DNA from: an uncultured Gammaproteobacteria bacterium
Lineage (GTDB): Bacteria > Patescibacteriota > Patescibacteriia > Patescibacteriales > GWE2-39-37
DNA: 64,000 bases
Direction of reading: 5' to 3'
Assembly: GCA_964443495.1 (NCBI GenBank)
Contig: CAYUCS010000002.1
Span: 196,021 to 260,020, forward strand
Shown in pieces: positions 11,001 to 19,525 of the stretch. The stretch's first letter is position 1. Each line of letters opens with the position of its first letter. The notes under the pieces are model-generated. The model was given only the letters and a program-made list of their open reading frames with translations, ran no database searches and was not told the DNA's origin. Made by a program: the position numbers and the translations under genes.

Positions 11001-14000
11001 GGTGTTGTTATAGACATAAGCGGTCGGATTGGCGCCGTTGATGATTACTCCGCTCGCGTCATTGCCCGGATTAGTGAAATCATATATCAGATTATTGTAA
11101 ACGTAATAAGTCGGATCGGAGTCGCCGATATTTATTGCTCCTATTGGCTGACTTATGTCATTAACAATTCTGGCTTTGAAAATATTGTTCGTGATATGCT
11201 CCTTGCCCGCGGCCAAGCTGTTGAGATACAGCACATCAGCGCCGGTGACTCCGGAGTAGTCGTAATAGAACTGCAAGCCATCGATTGTCACGTTCTCATC
11301 ACTCACGGAAATCAGCGGCGCGAAAGTCAGATAGATGCTGAATTTGCGATCATTCCAAACGCCTTGGTGGCGCTGACTGACATTGGCCTCTGTCGCAGTA
11401 TCAGTCGGCGTGTATATCCTGATGCCGTTATCCGCCCCTGTCGTGTACCCATCTATAGTCACGTCGCCGGCATCGGGACCGGAATCATAATAACACGGCA
11501 GGTTCAAAGACATACCCGCCGCGAAGAGATCGGTGGTGCTCGCATGGTTGGAATCGCTCGCTCCGGTTACAGCTGCCGAAAGTGAAGTGTATTCGCGCTT
11601 GATCGAGGTGACGGGCGCACTGGTCGTGGCAGCCGGTGCCGTGCCGGTAGCTGTCACGACAGACCATTGCGTCGTCGATATCTTGCCAGAAATATATACG
11701 ATCGTGGTAGTGGCAATCGTCACTCGGTCGCCTACGCCGATGTTCCCGGTCTGGGCAGTTGAGAAGGTGGCGAGGCCGGTCGAGCTGGATATGGTGACGG
11801 TCGAGGTGCCAGTCTGCAGATCGGCTGCCGATTGTCCGACTGAATAATAGACAGATTTCGCCGCCTCGTCGGCGCCGATATCCCAAGCGCTACCGCTTGA
11901 CGAACGGTCTATGCCATCGACATCGGAGCTGATGGCATAGCCGGATGCGGCGCTCAAGTCCGTGCCGGCGTTCTTGGCGATCGTGTCTGACGGAGACAGG
12001 TGGAAATCCTTGTTCATCGCGTCAGCGAACGCGACCGTTGCCGAATTCTTGGAATTAGCTCCCGTGGCATCTGCTGCGAAATTGGAGACGTTATAATTTG
12101 ACGGCGCATCGAAAGTGCCGCTCCAACCGTCGCCCGTCGCTTGGGCGATATTGTTTATGGCATATATGGTAGTATTCGATCCTGAATCCAGATAAGCATT
12201 GTAAGTGTTAGCCACTGTGTTGTTATAGGCATAGCTCAAGCCAGCACTAAAATAAATACCCTTGTTATCGTAAGTGCCATTGACGAAGTCGTAGATGATG
12301 TTGTTGTCTATCTTATACTTCGAATTCCAAGTCCTAATCCAGATTCCGTTGTTTCCGGAGCTAGTCCCGCTGAAATTACCCTTGATCAAGTTGCCCGAAA
12401 CTCTGATGTCAGTATTCGCCCCGCCGCCCTCCAACCGGAAACCGCCCGTGGCAAAGACGCCGGCTCCTCCGGCTTTGATTTGCAGCCCCTCAGCCCTGAC
12501 AAAATCGCTATATATCTCAAGGGCCTGTTTGCCGGTATAAGCGACCTCCAGCCGGTACTTGCCGCTGTCCCATTTTCCGGAATGGCGCTGCCCCGAGTTA
12601 GACTCGATGCTTGTGCTTGTTGGCGCGTAAACCCTGATGTAATTAGCCGGACCGGTCAGATAGGTGGCGCCGATTGTAACTTGTGCCGTATCCGGTCCCG
12701 AATCGTAATAGCACGGCAGATTCAGCTGGTAATCATTACTGACCAGGTCGGCTGAATTCATGTGCGACGAATCTGATGAACTGGCCACCGCGCCAGCTAA
12801 CGAAGCGAATGCGTGCTTGACCGAAACGACGGTCGCGCTAGTGGTCGCCGCTGGCAGGGTGCCGGTGGCAGTAAGACAATACCATCCGGTGCTCGAGGCC
12901 TTGGCGGTGATATAACATTTATCCGAACCGTATGTTATCGCGTCACCGACGCCCATATTGGCGACAGTCTGTGCCTCGGAAAAGATAGCCAATCCAGTGG
13001 TCGAACTGACTGTCACGGTCGGCGAACCTGTCTTGTGGTCATTCGTATTCTGACCGACGGAATAATATACCACCTTAGCCGCCTCGTCGGCACCGATATC
13101 CCAAGCGGCAGCACTCGGACGAGCGATGCCGCCGAGGTCGTTGCTGAAAGCATATCTAGCGTCCGCGCTCAAGTCAGTGCCAGCGTCCTTGGCAGAAGCA
13201 TCAGTCGTCAGCAGGTGAAAATCCTTGCCCGTAACGTCGGCAAAGGTAACTGTCTGGTTCCTGCAGCTATGACCGCCACAATCGGTTGACCCGGAATTGG
13301 GCGAGGTCGCATCCTTCGAAATATTCGAGGCGTAAGCCGTCGTTACCGAACCGAGAATCTGCGAAACGTCATAATCGGTCGTATTGCCGTATGAAATATT
13401 ATTTTTGAAACTAACGACGACATTCGCATTATTTGCCGCATAGCTGGCATCAATGCCTTTCCCAGAGTTGTATATGGTATTGCTATGGATAAACACCTGC
13501 TTGGATGCGGAAGCTTGACCTCGCAACCAAAAACCATTCGACTGCTGGTCATAGACCAAGTTATTGGAAGCATATAGCCTCTGCGGTAAATTATACATGG
13601 AGCCTTGGGCATAAAAATACACGCCAGAAGAAGTGGCTGCGGCTGCAGACCTCTTAATAATGTTAGAATCGATTCGATATTCGCTCTGAAGCGTGCCCGG
13701 TTGCAATTCCAAGCCGTAAACGTCACCCGTATTAGTATTGTTAATCTGTAAGCCTTCAATGCGGACATAGGCAGCGCTGACGTTGAGGGCGCCGTTAAAA
13801 TTTCTGGATACCGACAGATTGTATCTAGCGTCGCTCCACCCGCCCTGATGCCTTTGCGATTGATTCACTTCGGTTGCCGTGTTATACGGCGTGTATAATC
13901 TGATAAAATTCGGTGCGGCAGTGATATAGCCTTGCACTGCTGTATAAACCGCGTCTGCACCGCTATCGTAATAACAGGGGAAATTCAACTGATAGTTGCC

Positions 14001-17000
14001 GACTGCCAGATTGGCGGTGTTCAGATAGGACGCGCCGCTGGCTCCGGTCACGGCAGAATTCAAGGCCGAGAAGGCGTGGGCGATCGAAGTGACCGTCGCA
14101 CTGGTCGTGGCCACCGGCATCGTGCCCGTTGCCGTCGAGCAATACCAGCCCGTACTTGAAGCCTTGGCAGTTATATAACATTTGTCCGAACCATAGGTAA
14201 TGACGTCGCCGACGCCCATATTGACCGCCGTCTGCGCGACCGAGAAAACAGCCAGGCCGGTCGAGCTGGAAACCGTTACGGTCGGCGTGCCGGTTTTGTG
14301 GTCGGAAAGATTCTGGCCGACCGAATAATACACGGCAGCCGCTCCTTCATCAGCGCCGACGTCCCAGGAGCCGGTGCGTACATGACCGTCGATATCGGCG
14401 CTGATTGAGTAACCGGAATCCGCACTCAGGTTGACGCCAACATTACGAGCCGTGCTTGAAGCGGCCAGATGGAAATCCTTATTAGCAAGATCGGCGAACT
14501 GCACGGTAGTCGTAGTCAAGGAGCTGGAACCTGGAGCCGTGCCGTCGGACGAGATATTGTTTGAAGATGAAGCATTAAAAGAATCGGTCGATGAAAAATC
14601 TATCACATTTCCGTTAGCGATATTATTTCTTGCTACGCCTTTGAGGTATCCGTGACGCAAACCGATGTAGTTGCCATAAATGGTGTTATTATAAGCATAC
14701 CCCGCGGAAACAGTGGTCCCACCTATAATGACAATTCCAGTAAAGACGCTCATGCCGTTATAACTGTAGCCGTAAACGACATTGTTAAAGACCGCGCTTC
14801 GTCCACCCGAAACATAATTCCCTGCATAAATACCATAAGCGGAGGTTATGGCTGGATCGGAAGTTACTCCAGTGAAGTCAGCCTTGACGATATTGTTGGA
14901 GATAACCGTATTGTCTTGCGAGGCATAAATCCCGATCTTCTGCGCTCCGCTGGTGGTAGAAAATTGGGTCTTGACCTGCAAACCGTCTATGGTTACGTTG
15001 CCGATCTGGGCGTAAACGAAATAATCATTCCCGGCGGAACTCAAAATCTTCTCGATCCTGTACTTGCTGTCGTCCCATTTGCCTTGATGGCGTTGCGAGA
15101 AGTTGGACTCAGCGGTCGTGCTGGCCGGAGTATAAATACGGATTCCGTTGCCAGGACTGGTGGTGTAGCCGCTTATCGTCACGGCCGTGCCGTCGGCACC
15201 GCTGTCATAGTAGCAAGGAAAGTTAAGCTTCACGTTTGTCGTGACCAGGTCGCCCGTATTGAGATGATTGGCATCGGTCGCTCCAGCCTCAGCCGCCGAA
15301 AGCGAGGTGTATTCCCTCTTAATCGAGGTCACCGGAGCGCTGGATGTCGCTTCGGGCAGCGTGCCGGTGGCGGTTACGACGTACCAGGCGGACGATGAAA
15401 CTTTGCCCGAGATGTAATAGATAGTGCTTGTGGCTACGGTCACTCGGTCGCCTACGCCAATATTCCCTGTCTGGGCGGTCGAGAAGGTGGCCAAGCCGGT
15501 CGAGCTGGAAATGGTGACGGTCGAAGTGCCAGTCTGCAGGTCGGCCGTCGATTGGCCGACGGAATAATAGACGGCGGTCGAGCCCTCGTCCGCGCCGATA
15601 TCAAATGAAGGCTGTGACGGGCGACCGATCTTGTCGATATCGTCGGCCAAGGCCAGTTTGGGGTCAGTACTCAGATTGGCGCCGGCATTCCTGGCGGAGG
15701 CATCGGTCGCAGCCAAGTGGAAATCGTCATTGGCAGCATCAGCAAAATCCACGATCTTGTTCCTGAGAGCCGTATTCGGCGAGGTCGCGTCATGCGAAAG
15801 ATTGTTGGTCGAGGAGGCATGGAAGCTGCCGGTGTAGGCCGAGGCCGAATTCTGGACGATGTTGTTCTTGAGCACTCCCGTGCCGCCCCAGCGATATATG
15901 CCGTTGCCGCAATTATAAAAGGTATTGTTGTAGATATACGAAGTAAAGGTGCTGTCTTCGATGCCAATGCCGACGGCATTGTCATTGGATGAGCGGCGGA
16001 AGTCATAAACCAGATTGTTCCAGAATTTCAGGACGCCCGTGCCGCTGGTCTGCCACAGGTCAAGGCCCATGTGCCAATCGCCGGTCGAGGTCGCGCCTCG
16101 CAGGATGCTGTTCGAGACCCTGATATGGCTATTGTTCCCCACGGCACCCGTGACATAGATGCCCATTCGGTTCGAAGTGACGCTAGTCAATTGATCCTGC
16201 AAGCCGTCGAGCCAGACATGGCCGGTCTGCACCTGTATGCCATGATTGTTATTTATGACCAGATTGTATTTTCCGCTATGCCAAACGCCCTGATGCCGCT
16301 GGCTGGCGTTCGCTTCGGCGTTAGTGTCTGTCGGCGTATATATCTTGATGAAATTGGATCGGGCGGTGGCGTAGCCGCTGATTACGACGGGGGCGGTATC
16401 GGGTCCGGAATCGTAGTAACAAGGGATGTTAAGTTGCAGGTTGTTCGAGGCGAGGTCGGAAGTGTTCAAGTGGGTGGCATCCGAAGAGCTTGCCTCGGCG
16501 CCCGAAAGCGACGAGAAGGCGTGGGCGACCGAATTGACCGTCACATCCGTGGCGGCCGTCGGTGCCGTGCCGGTGGCCGTAGCGCAGTACCAGGCAGTAG
16601 TCGAGGCCTTGGCAGTGATATAGCATTTCTCGGACGTGTTGTAGGTAATGACATCACCGACGCCCATATTCGTTGCCGTCTGGGCTTCTGAAAATGTGGC
16701 CAGGCCGGTGGTCGAACTGACGGTCACGGTCGGCGTACCGGTCTTGTGATCTGATGTATTCTGGCCGACGGAGTAATAGACGGCGGTCGCACCCTCGTCA
16801 GCGCCGATGTCCCAGCCCGCCCCGGCTGGCCGGGTGTGGCCATCGATATCCGAAGAAAATGCCAGGTTGCCGTCAGAAGCCAGATCAACGCCGATATTCC
16901 TGGCACTTGATGAACCGGCCAGATGGAAATCCTTATTCAAAGAGTCGGCAAAAGCTACTGAAATGTTTCTGAAGGTGGCATTTGGCGAAGTGTTGTCAGC

Positions 17001-19214
17001 CGAAATGTTGTTAGTCGAAGAAGCGTTATACGTTCCCTGATAGTCACCAGCCAAGTCCCCGGTCGAGGCGCTGCCGAAGACCAGGTTGTTTTTGGCATAA
17101 ACGTCGTTTCCTGAGGCGTAGATGCCGGTGCGGCCACCCATGACCGTATTGTTGTAAATATATATGATTGATTCCGGGATATTGCCATAATACACCCTTA
17201 TTCCACCGCCATAGTCACTGGCATCATTAATATCATAGATAACATTATTCCAAATTTTGGTCACACTACCCGCCTCGGCATCAGACCTTATCCCCCAGCT
17301 ATACCGCCCCGCCCTAACACCTTTAATAATATTATTCGATATGCCATAAGTGCCATAACGACCGCCAAATTCCTGAGAAACTCCCCATTGATTGGTGGAT
17401 GTGCTTGTGATTTCAACTTGCAAACCGTCGACACTGACATCCTTATCTCGAAAAACAATGCCATTACCAGAAGAGATGAGCATTCTGAATCTGCCATCAT
17501 CCCAAGCGCCCTGATGTCTTTGACTCGCATTAGCTTCGGTAACTGTGTCGGTTGGCGTATAAATCCTAATAATGTTGCTTGCGCCAGTCGTCCAGCCGTC
17601 AACAATAACCGTTGCCGTGTCAGGACCAGAATCGTAATAGCATGGGAAGTTGAGCTGTAAGTTAGCCGCGTACAAGTCGGATACGTTCAGGTGGCTCGAA
17701 TCTCCGGCGCCAGCTTCGGCCGAAGTCAATGATGAATAGGCATGGGCAATCGAAGTGACCGTTCCTGTGGTCGTCGCCGTCGGCAAAGTGCCGGTGGCGC
17801 TCAGACAGAACCAATCCGACGTCGACACCTTCGAGGTGATATAGCACTTATCCGAACCGTAGGTTATCGCATCGCCCACGCCCATATTGACCGCTGTCTG
17901 GGCCACACTGAAAGTAACAAGGCCGGTGGAACTCGAGATCGTCACCGTCGGCGAACCGGTCTTGTGATCGCTCGTGTTCTGGCCGACCGAGTAATAGACA
18001 TGCGTTGAGCCTTCATCGGCGCCGACATCCCATTCGCGCGAAACCGGGCTGGTGGTAGAGCGTAAGTGTCCGTCAATATCTGTGCTTAATGGCAGATACG
18101 GATCGCTGCTCAAATCAGAACCGACGTTGCGCGCCGAAGAAGAGGCGGACAAGTGGTAATCTCTGTTCAATGGATCAGCAAAGGCCACGGATGTCGAAGT
18201 GACCGAGCCGGTGCCTGGAGCGGTGCCGTCCGACGAAAAATTGTTCGCTGCTGAGTCCAAATTGCTCGTGTTATAGTCAGTGCCATTGCCAGACGATAAA
18301 TTATTTTTCAAATACAACCCCGGAGTCGCGTTGCCGTTCAAGTCGATTCCATAGCCGTCATTATCTACGGTCGTGTTGTTGTAAACGATATAATTGACGG
18401 CATTGGTGTCCGTATCGGAAACTATTCCTCCATAATAACCATAAACCACATTATTCCAGACCTGGTAATTCAGGCTGCCGTCCAGATAAACGCCGATGCT
18501 GGCGGCGGAATTAGTTCCGGGGCCGCTAGCACGCACGATCAAGTTGGAATACCTGTGCAGGCTCTCAGCGCTCGAACTTGTCGTCCTAATACCCTTGATT
18601 TGTTCGCTCTTGTCCGCGACATTATCAATCTGAAGGCCATCGAGCCAAATATACGTATCCTCCACGGTAAGCGCGTTGCCATAGCCAGAATCAACTGACA
18701 GGCTATACTTCCCGCCATCCCATTTTCCCTGATGTCGTTGCGAGAAATTGGACTCGGCGGTAGTTGAGGTTGGGGTGTAAATCTTAATAAAAGTGGTTGT
18801 GGCGGTAGTATAGCCCGCTACGTTGGCCGTGGCGGTATCAGGGCCTGAGTCGTAATAACAAGGCAGGTTCAGGATAAAATCGCCTCCAACTAGGCTGCTG
18901 GTAGCAGCATGATTGGCGTCACTAGCCCCAGCGATGGCGGCAGCCAGCGAGGTGTATTCGCGTTTGATTGAGGTCACCGGCGCGCTGGAGGTTGCTTCGG
19001 GCATGGTGCCGGTGGCGGTTATTACATACCAGTCGGTCGCCGATGACTTGCCGGAGATATAATAGACGGTATTGGTGGCCACAGTCAGGCGGTCGCCCAC
19101 GCCGATATTGCCGGTCTGGGCGGTCGAGAAGGTGGCTAGGCCAGTGGTGCTAGAAATGGTGACAGTCGAGGTGCCGGTCTGCAGGTCAGCCGTCGATTGG
19201 CCGACGGAATAATA
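2088..19214 (-). repeat. 14 tandem ~1.2-kb coding modules (intragenic repeat array) with a 3-module super-period
   Basis: YYSVGQ codons found at 19197..19214, 17979..17996, 16761..16778, 15552..15569, 14313..14330, 13050..13067, 11832..11849, 10632..10649, 9417..9434, 8187..8204, 7005..7022, 5790..5807, 4539..4556 and 3315..3332. Spacings are 1182-1263 nt. Confidence 0.9.
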
Positions 19215-19331
19215 GATATTCGTGGCGGCGCTGGCGCTGTGGGCGCAGGCAAAAAACAAAAACAGGCCGGCCAGGGCCAGCATATTCTTGATTGCGTTCG
19301 CTTTGAATATATTTGAAAGGCTTGCTAACAT
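2088..19331 (-). CDS. Giant secreted modular protein (5747 aa): 14 tandem modules of conserved head + right-handed parallel beta-helix (PbH1/CASH-like) + conserved cap
   Basis: Uninterrupted 17,244-nt ORF with ATG at 19331 and signal peptide MLASLSNIFKANAIKNMLALAGLFLFFACAHSASA. Each module has a YYSVGQ.T.D..TG..TVT head. This is followed by an NNI/YNNT/KNN-rich repeat region typical of parallel beta-helices. The cap reads D[FY]HL..S.ARN.G..L..D....F..DIDG..R....WDIGADE, resembling the DxxGxxR...DIGA[YF]E end common in beta-helix proteins. Confidence 0.9.
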   Translation of the reverse strand: MLASLSNIFKANAIKNMLALAGLFLFFACAHSASAATNIYYSVGQSTADLQTGTSTVTISSTTGLATFSTAQTGNIGVGDRLTVATNTVYYISGKSSATDWYVITATGTMPEATSSAPVTSIKREYTSLAAAIAGASDANHAATSSLVGGDFILNLPCYYDSGPDTATANVAGYTTATTTFIKIYTPTSTTAESNFSQRHQGKWDGGKYSLSVDSGYGNALTVEDTYIWLDGLQIDNVADKSEQIKGIRTTSSSAESLHRYSNLIVRASGPGTNSAASIGVYLDGSLNYQVWNNVVYGYYGGIVSDTDTNAVNYIVYNNTTVDNDGYGIDLNGNATPGLYLKNNLSSGNGTDYNTSNLDSAANNFSSDGTAPGTGSVTSTSVAFADPLNRDYHLSASSSARNVGSDLSSDPYLPLSTDIDGHLRSTTSPVSREWDVGADEGSTHVYYSVGQNTSDHKTGSPTVTISSSTGLVTFSVAQTAVNMGVGDAITYGSDKCYITSKVSTSDWFCLSATGTLPTATTTGTVTSIAHAYSSLTSAEAGAGDSSHLNVSDLYAANLQLNFPCYYDSGPDTATVIVDGWTTGASNIIRIYTPTDTVTEANASQRHQGAWDDGRFRMLISSGNGIVFRDKDVSVDGLQVEITSTSTNQWGVSQEFGGRYGTYGISNNIIKGVRAGRYSWGIRSDAEAGSVTKIWNNVIYDINDASDYGGGIRVYYGNIPESIIYIYNNTVMGGRTGIYASGNDVYAKNNLVFGSASTGDLAGDYQGTYNASSTNNISADNTSPNATFRNISVAFADSLNKDFHLAGSSSARNIGVDLASDGNLAFSSDIDGHTRPAGAGWDIGADEGATAVYYSVGQNTSDHKTGTPTVTVSSTTGLATFSEAQTATNMGVGDVITYNTSEKCYITAKASTTAWYCATATGTAPTAATDVTVNSVAHAFSSLSGAEASSSDATHLNTSDLASNNLQLNIPCYYDSGPDTAPVVISGYATARSNFIKIYTPTDTNAEANASQRHQGVWHSGKYNLVINNNHGIQVQTGHVWLDGLQDQLTSVTSNRMGIYVTGAVGNNSHIRVSNSILRGATSTGDWHMGLDLWQTSGTGVLKFWNNLVYDFRRSSNDNAVGIGIEDSTFTSYIYNNTFYNCGNGIYRWGGTGVLKNNIVQNSASAYTGSFHASSTNNLSHDATSPNTALRNKIVDFADAANDDFHLAATDASARNAGANLSTDPKLALADDIDKIGRPSQPSFDIGADEGSTAVYYSVGQSTADLQTGTSTVTISSSTGLATFSTAQTGNIGVGDRVTVATSTIYYISGKVSSSAWYVVTATGTLPEATSSAPVTSIKREYTSLSAAEAGATDANHLNTGDLVTTNVKLNFPCYYDSGADGTAVTISGYTTSPGNGIRIYTPASTTAESNFSQRHQGKWDDSKYRIEKILSSAGNDYFVYAQIGNVTIDGLQVKTQFSTTSGAQKIGIYASQDNTVISNNIVKADFTGVTSDPAITSAYGIYAGNYVSGGRSAVFNNVVYGYSYNGMSVFTGIVIIGGTTVSAGYAYNNTIYGNYIGLRHGYLKGVARNNIANGNVIDFSSTDSFNASSSNNISSDGTAPGSSSLTTTTVQFADLANKDFHLAASSTARNVGVNLSADSGYSISADIDGHVRTGSWDVGADEGAAAVYYSVGQNLSDHKTGTPTVTVSSSTGLAVFSVAQTAVNMGVGDVITYGSDKCYITAKASSTGWYCSTATGTMPVATTSATVTSIAHAFSALNSAVTGASGASYLNTANLAVGNYQLNFPCYYDSGADAVYTAVQGYITAAPNFIRLYTPYNTATEVNQSQRHQGGWSDARYNLSVSRNFNGALNVSAAYVRIEGLQINNTNTGDVYGLELQPGTLQSEYRIDSNIIKRSAAAATSSGVYFYAQGSMYNLPQRLYASNNLVYDQQSNGFWLRGQASASKQVFIHSNTIYNSGKGIDASYAANNANVVVSFKNNISYGNTTDYDVSQILGSVTTAYASNISKDATSPNSGSTDCGGHSCRNQTVTFADVTGKDFHLLTTDASAKDAGTDLSADARYAFSNDLGGIARPSAAAWDIGADEAAKVVYYSVGQNTNDHKTGSPTVTVSSTTGLAIFSEAQTVANMGVGDAITYGSDKCYITAKASSTGWYCLTATGTLPAATTSATVVSVKHAFASLAGAVASSSDSSHMNSADLVSNDYQLNLPCYYDSGPDTAQVTIGATYLTGPANYIRVYAPTSTSIESNSGQRHSGKWDSGKYRLEVAYTGKQALEIYSDFVRAEGLQIKAGGAGVFATGGFRLEGGGANTDIRVSGNLIKGNFSGTSSGNNGIWIRTWNSKYKIDNNIIYDFVNGTYDNKGIYFSAGLSYAYNNTVANTYNAYLDSGSNTTIYAINNIAQATGDGWSGTFDAPSNYNVSNFAADATGANSKNSATVAFADAMNKDFHLSPSDTIAKNAGTDLSAASGYAISSDVDGIDRSSSGSAWDIGADEAAKSVYYSVGQSAADLQTGTSTVTISSSTGLATFSTAQTGNIGVGDRVTIATTTIVYISGKISTTQWSVVTATGTAPAATTSAPVTSIKREYTSLSAAVTGASDSNHASTTDLFAAGMSLNLPCYYDSGPDAGDVTIDGYTTGADNGIRIYTPTDTATEANVSQRHQGVWNDRKFSIYLTFAPLISVSDENVTIDGLQFYYDYSGVTGADVLYLNSLAAGKEHITNNIFKARIVNDISQPIGAINIGDSDPTYYVYNNLIYDFTNPGNDASGVIINGANPTAYVYNNTIINSDYGVTPGTKANISLRNNIIQNTDINFGTGYSASSSNNISSDGTAPGSNSLTTTTVQFADYANDDFHLAASSTARNVGADLSADIYFAFTTDIDGHARQSGKWDVGADEGATAVYYSVGQNTSDHKTGSPTVTISSSTGLATFSVAQTAVNMGVGDVITYGSDKCFIVAKASTTAWYCVTATGTMPVATTSATVASIAHAFSSLSLAEAGSGGASYLNTSDLVTGNYQLNWPCYYDSGPDSKIVVDGYLANPANFIKIYTPNSVINEANQSQRHQGVWDDGKFSMKVSNGTDYQNIIILDGSVTIDGLQVDNAIDATSNVNGIVSDVDDNSAVINISNNIVRKTGSTTPSTGSVGIYNRYNNTSLYVWNNIVYDYGEGIRTNYPYAAVKVAIYNNTVVDVNEVGIAFSTNLGGPISIYNNVVQANPGAIAYENYGFDYAGNNISSDGTAPGTNSLTTTTVQFSDVLNRDYHLAASSTARNVGADLSADSNLAINTDIDGHPRGNQGGWDIGADEGAVAVYYSVGQNTSDHKTGTPTVTVSSTTGLATFSEEQIAGNMGVGDVITYGTTNKCYITSKASTTAWYCQAATGTVPFAVTDAIVDSVTHAFDSLNTAETDATGVDYLNTSNLYSGNYQLNFPCYNDSGPDANAVTIDGWTTAQPNYIKIYTPASSTVEVNQSQRHQGKWDDSKYSIKNDIENYPASGITISDDYVKIEGIQIEFGNNQYDPANGILIQDISDGTSGININKNIVKGNKNASNFKIGIQPESGNHYSINISNNIIYDVDDGLRDDSYNAIGISGLTYLYNNTIIAGNDGVYTRGPGGGGRIILAKNNIVYSGSVDYDGDFHASSTSNISYDGTAPGSNSLTTTTVQFVDASNKDYHLAASSAARNAGSDLSSDIDFNFNADIDGNVRPNGTAWDIGADEGATPVYYSVGQSTADLQTGTSTVTISSSTGLATFSTAQTGNIGVGDRVTVATNTIYYISGKASTSAWYLVTATGTLPEATSSAPVTSIKREYTSLAAAEAGYSDADHINTYDLVTANFQVNFSLYYDSGPDTTNLIVSDRTTGPSNYLKIFTPNDTATQANVSQRHGGRWDSNKYSLDVTGSDLTALEVRDSYVRIEGLQVKLTSTGSWVQAFRANLIDTNSTAYFSSNIVSSGLTNYGAILECAAGNAVAYNNISYDIAGDGGDGFVVNNGASLVAYGNTVNNSYWSFRVAVGGNMIAKNNIAQNCGAGTCFQGSFNASSSNNISSDGTAPGANSLTTTTIQFIDPANKDFHLMASSSARNIGADLSADANFAFSTDIDGHARAGSWDIGADEGATAVYYSVGQNTNDHKTGSPTVTISSATGIATFSVAQTASNMGVGDVITYGSDKCYITSKASTTAWYCQTATGTAPVATTSATVGSIAHAFDSLANAVAGSIDASHLNTADISASNHQLNLPCYFDSGPDTDHVTIEGIKTSPNNIIKIYTPNTPSEANASQRHQGRWDDNKFNSRVNFDWQYNNIAIIDGSVTIDGLQIDNAIDETSNLQGIVSDVDDRSAVVIISNNIVRKTGSTTPSIGSSGITNRYNNTNFYVFNNIVYDYGEGIRMNYPYEPVKVAIYNNTVVNVNEVGISFSTNVGGPISIYNNIVQVNPGAVGYENYGFDYAGNNISSDGTAPGANSMTTTTVQFADALNKDYHLAASSTARNRGADLSSDANFSFGTDFDGHTRGNQGGWDIGADEGAVAIYYSVGQNTSDHKTGTPTVTVSSTTGLATFSAAQTATNLGVGDVITYNTTEKCYITSKASTTAWYCATATGTAPVAATGATVNSIAHAYNSISTAESGAIDANHLNTSDLYAGNYQLNFPLYYDSGANTASVAISGWTTSQPNYINFYAPASTTAEVNQSQRHNGRWDDYKSRIEIADSNNYAFDITAKHVRFEGLQIAKVNSGFSGGGGMTLNDYGDIRISNNIFKAVSTGIYSGYAISSFPAGAVNVGNLIISNNIFQDFKPLTGALGNIAVQLSMWAGTTGNLTVYNNTAVNCKEAFAISTAIALVKNNLLSGCVADFHSGNTYASGSDYNVTTNSSLGYTVTGGGNVHDKVSQNIVFADSLNKDFHLSPSDSAAKNAGADLSADANSAFNVDVDGQMRRAGSWSVGADEPANAVYYSVGQTTNDLKSGSPTVTIASGTATFSAAQTGNIGVGDRVTYNSSSSVAYISGKASTSVWYVVTATGTMPANITNSPVDSITREFTSLSAAIAGAGNATHMNGTDMYAANLQLNLPAYYDSSQDTTIVTIGGLTTAVPNYIKAYAPNDVLTEVNQTQRHSGKWDNGKYSLGVSDTGNAMTITAAYAKIDGLQVEAKGAGGYTNDGIRRSASGSGKVEVSNCIVKYTGAVSGANAGGGGGIVNYSGGGNAGVMLIVNNLVYGFSTPTGGGGLSGGIYGRWLTTYAYNNTVYNSDYGIITEANTFTAKNNLVQNCGDGYHGSFNASSGNNLSDLASDAPGTNSKNGVRVEFMDASSSDYRLKLSDKYARDAGADLSADTNYAFNTDVDTQARGKGLGWDIGADETGAQIYYSVGQNTNDHKTGSPTVTVSGSTATFSEAQTASNMGVGDVVTYGSNKCYIAGKLSQTAWSCTSATGTLPVATTTAPVASIAHAFGSLNDAFPYQDYDYQNFGVKNSTHLNTNNLVGEGYVLNIPCYSDGGPDSSGLSSIGYFTTGPNNYVRIYTPHDTDSEANSSQRHLGKWDDSKFVRQGIIATHISYFQVEGLQIKTLGSSGVFSNSPFYGKGQVVANNIIWNASSTYASHGVYWTGTDSEVKVNNNIIYGFTFAGSTGIKLALNSASVITAVYNNTVYGNAIGIAQTSNSYYSNNVSYNNGVDYTGTPKAGSTNNLSKDATANGSNAKTNQTVIFVNASSSDFHLSNTDTAARDAGASLANDPYLPFMTDIDGQMRPIGGVWDIGADEDGGSTRIRGGVKIDGSVKINKY

Positions 19332-19375
19332 TTTATGCTTGTGGGTGCATTAGAATCCAGCGCTTATTCTTTATT

Positions 19376-19384
19376 ATTATATCA
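19376..19384 (-). promoter_or_regulatory. Extended -10 promoter TGATATAAT of the 5747-aa gene
   Basis: The reverse complement reads TGATATAAT inside the block CAGGTGTGATATAATAATAAAGAATAAGCGC. The same block is repeated upstream of the 4499-aa gene (33071..33079). It lies ~45 nt upstream of the ATG at 19331. Confidence 0.65.
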
Positions 19385-19472
19385 CACCTGTGTCATTTTG
19401 GTTATCAAATTATCCTTATTGATTGATATTTTATTAGCTATTTTACACCACATTTTTAATGTTTTTGGCAAA

Positions 19473-19500
19473 TAAAAAACCGCTTATCGCTAAGCGGTCC
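19473..19500 (-). terminator. Rho-independent terminator downstream of the 4499-aa gene
   Basis: Stem accgctta / taagcggt with a 4-nt loop, followed on the minus strand by TTTTTTATTT. Confidence 0.75.
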
Positions 19501-19513
19501 GAAAATCAGTATT

Positions 19514-19522
19514 TTATCCACA
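19514..19522 (+). promoter_or_regulatory. Perfect DnaA-box-like 9-mer TTATCCACA (copy 2 of 3)
   Basis: Exact TTATCCACA, 3 nt from the TAG stop of the 4499-aa gene (19526..19528) and upstream of the terminator hairpin. Confidence 0.4.
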
Positions 19523-19525
19523 CCG

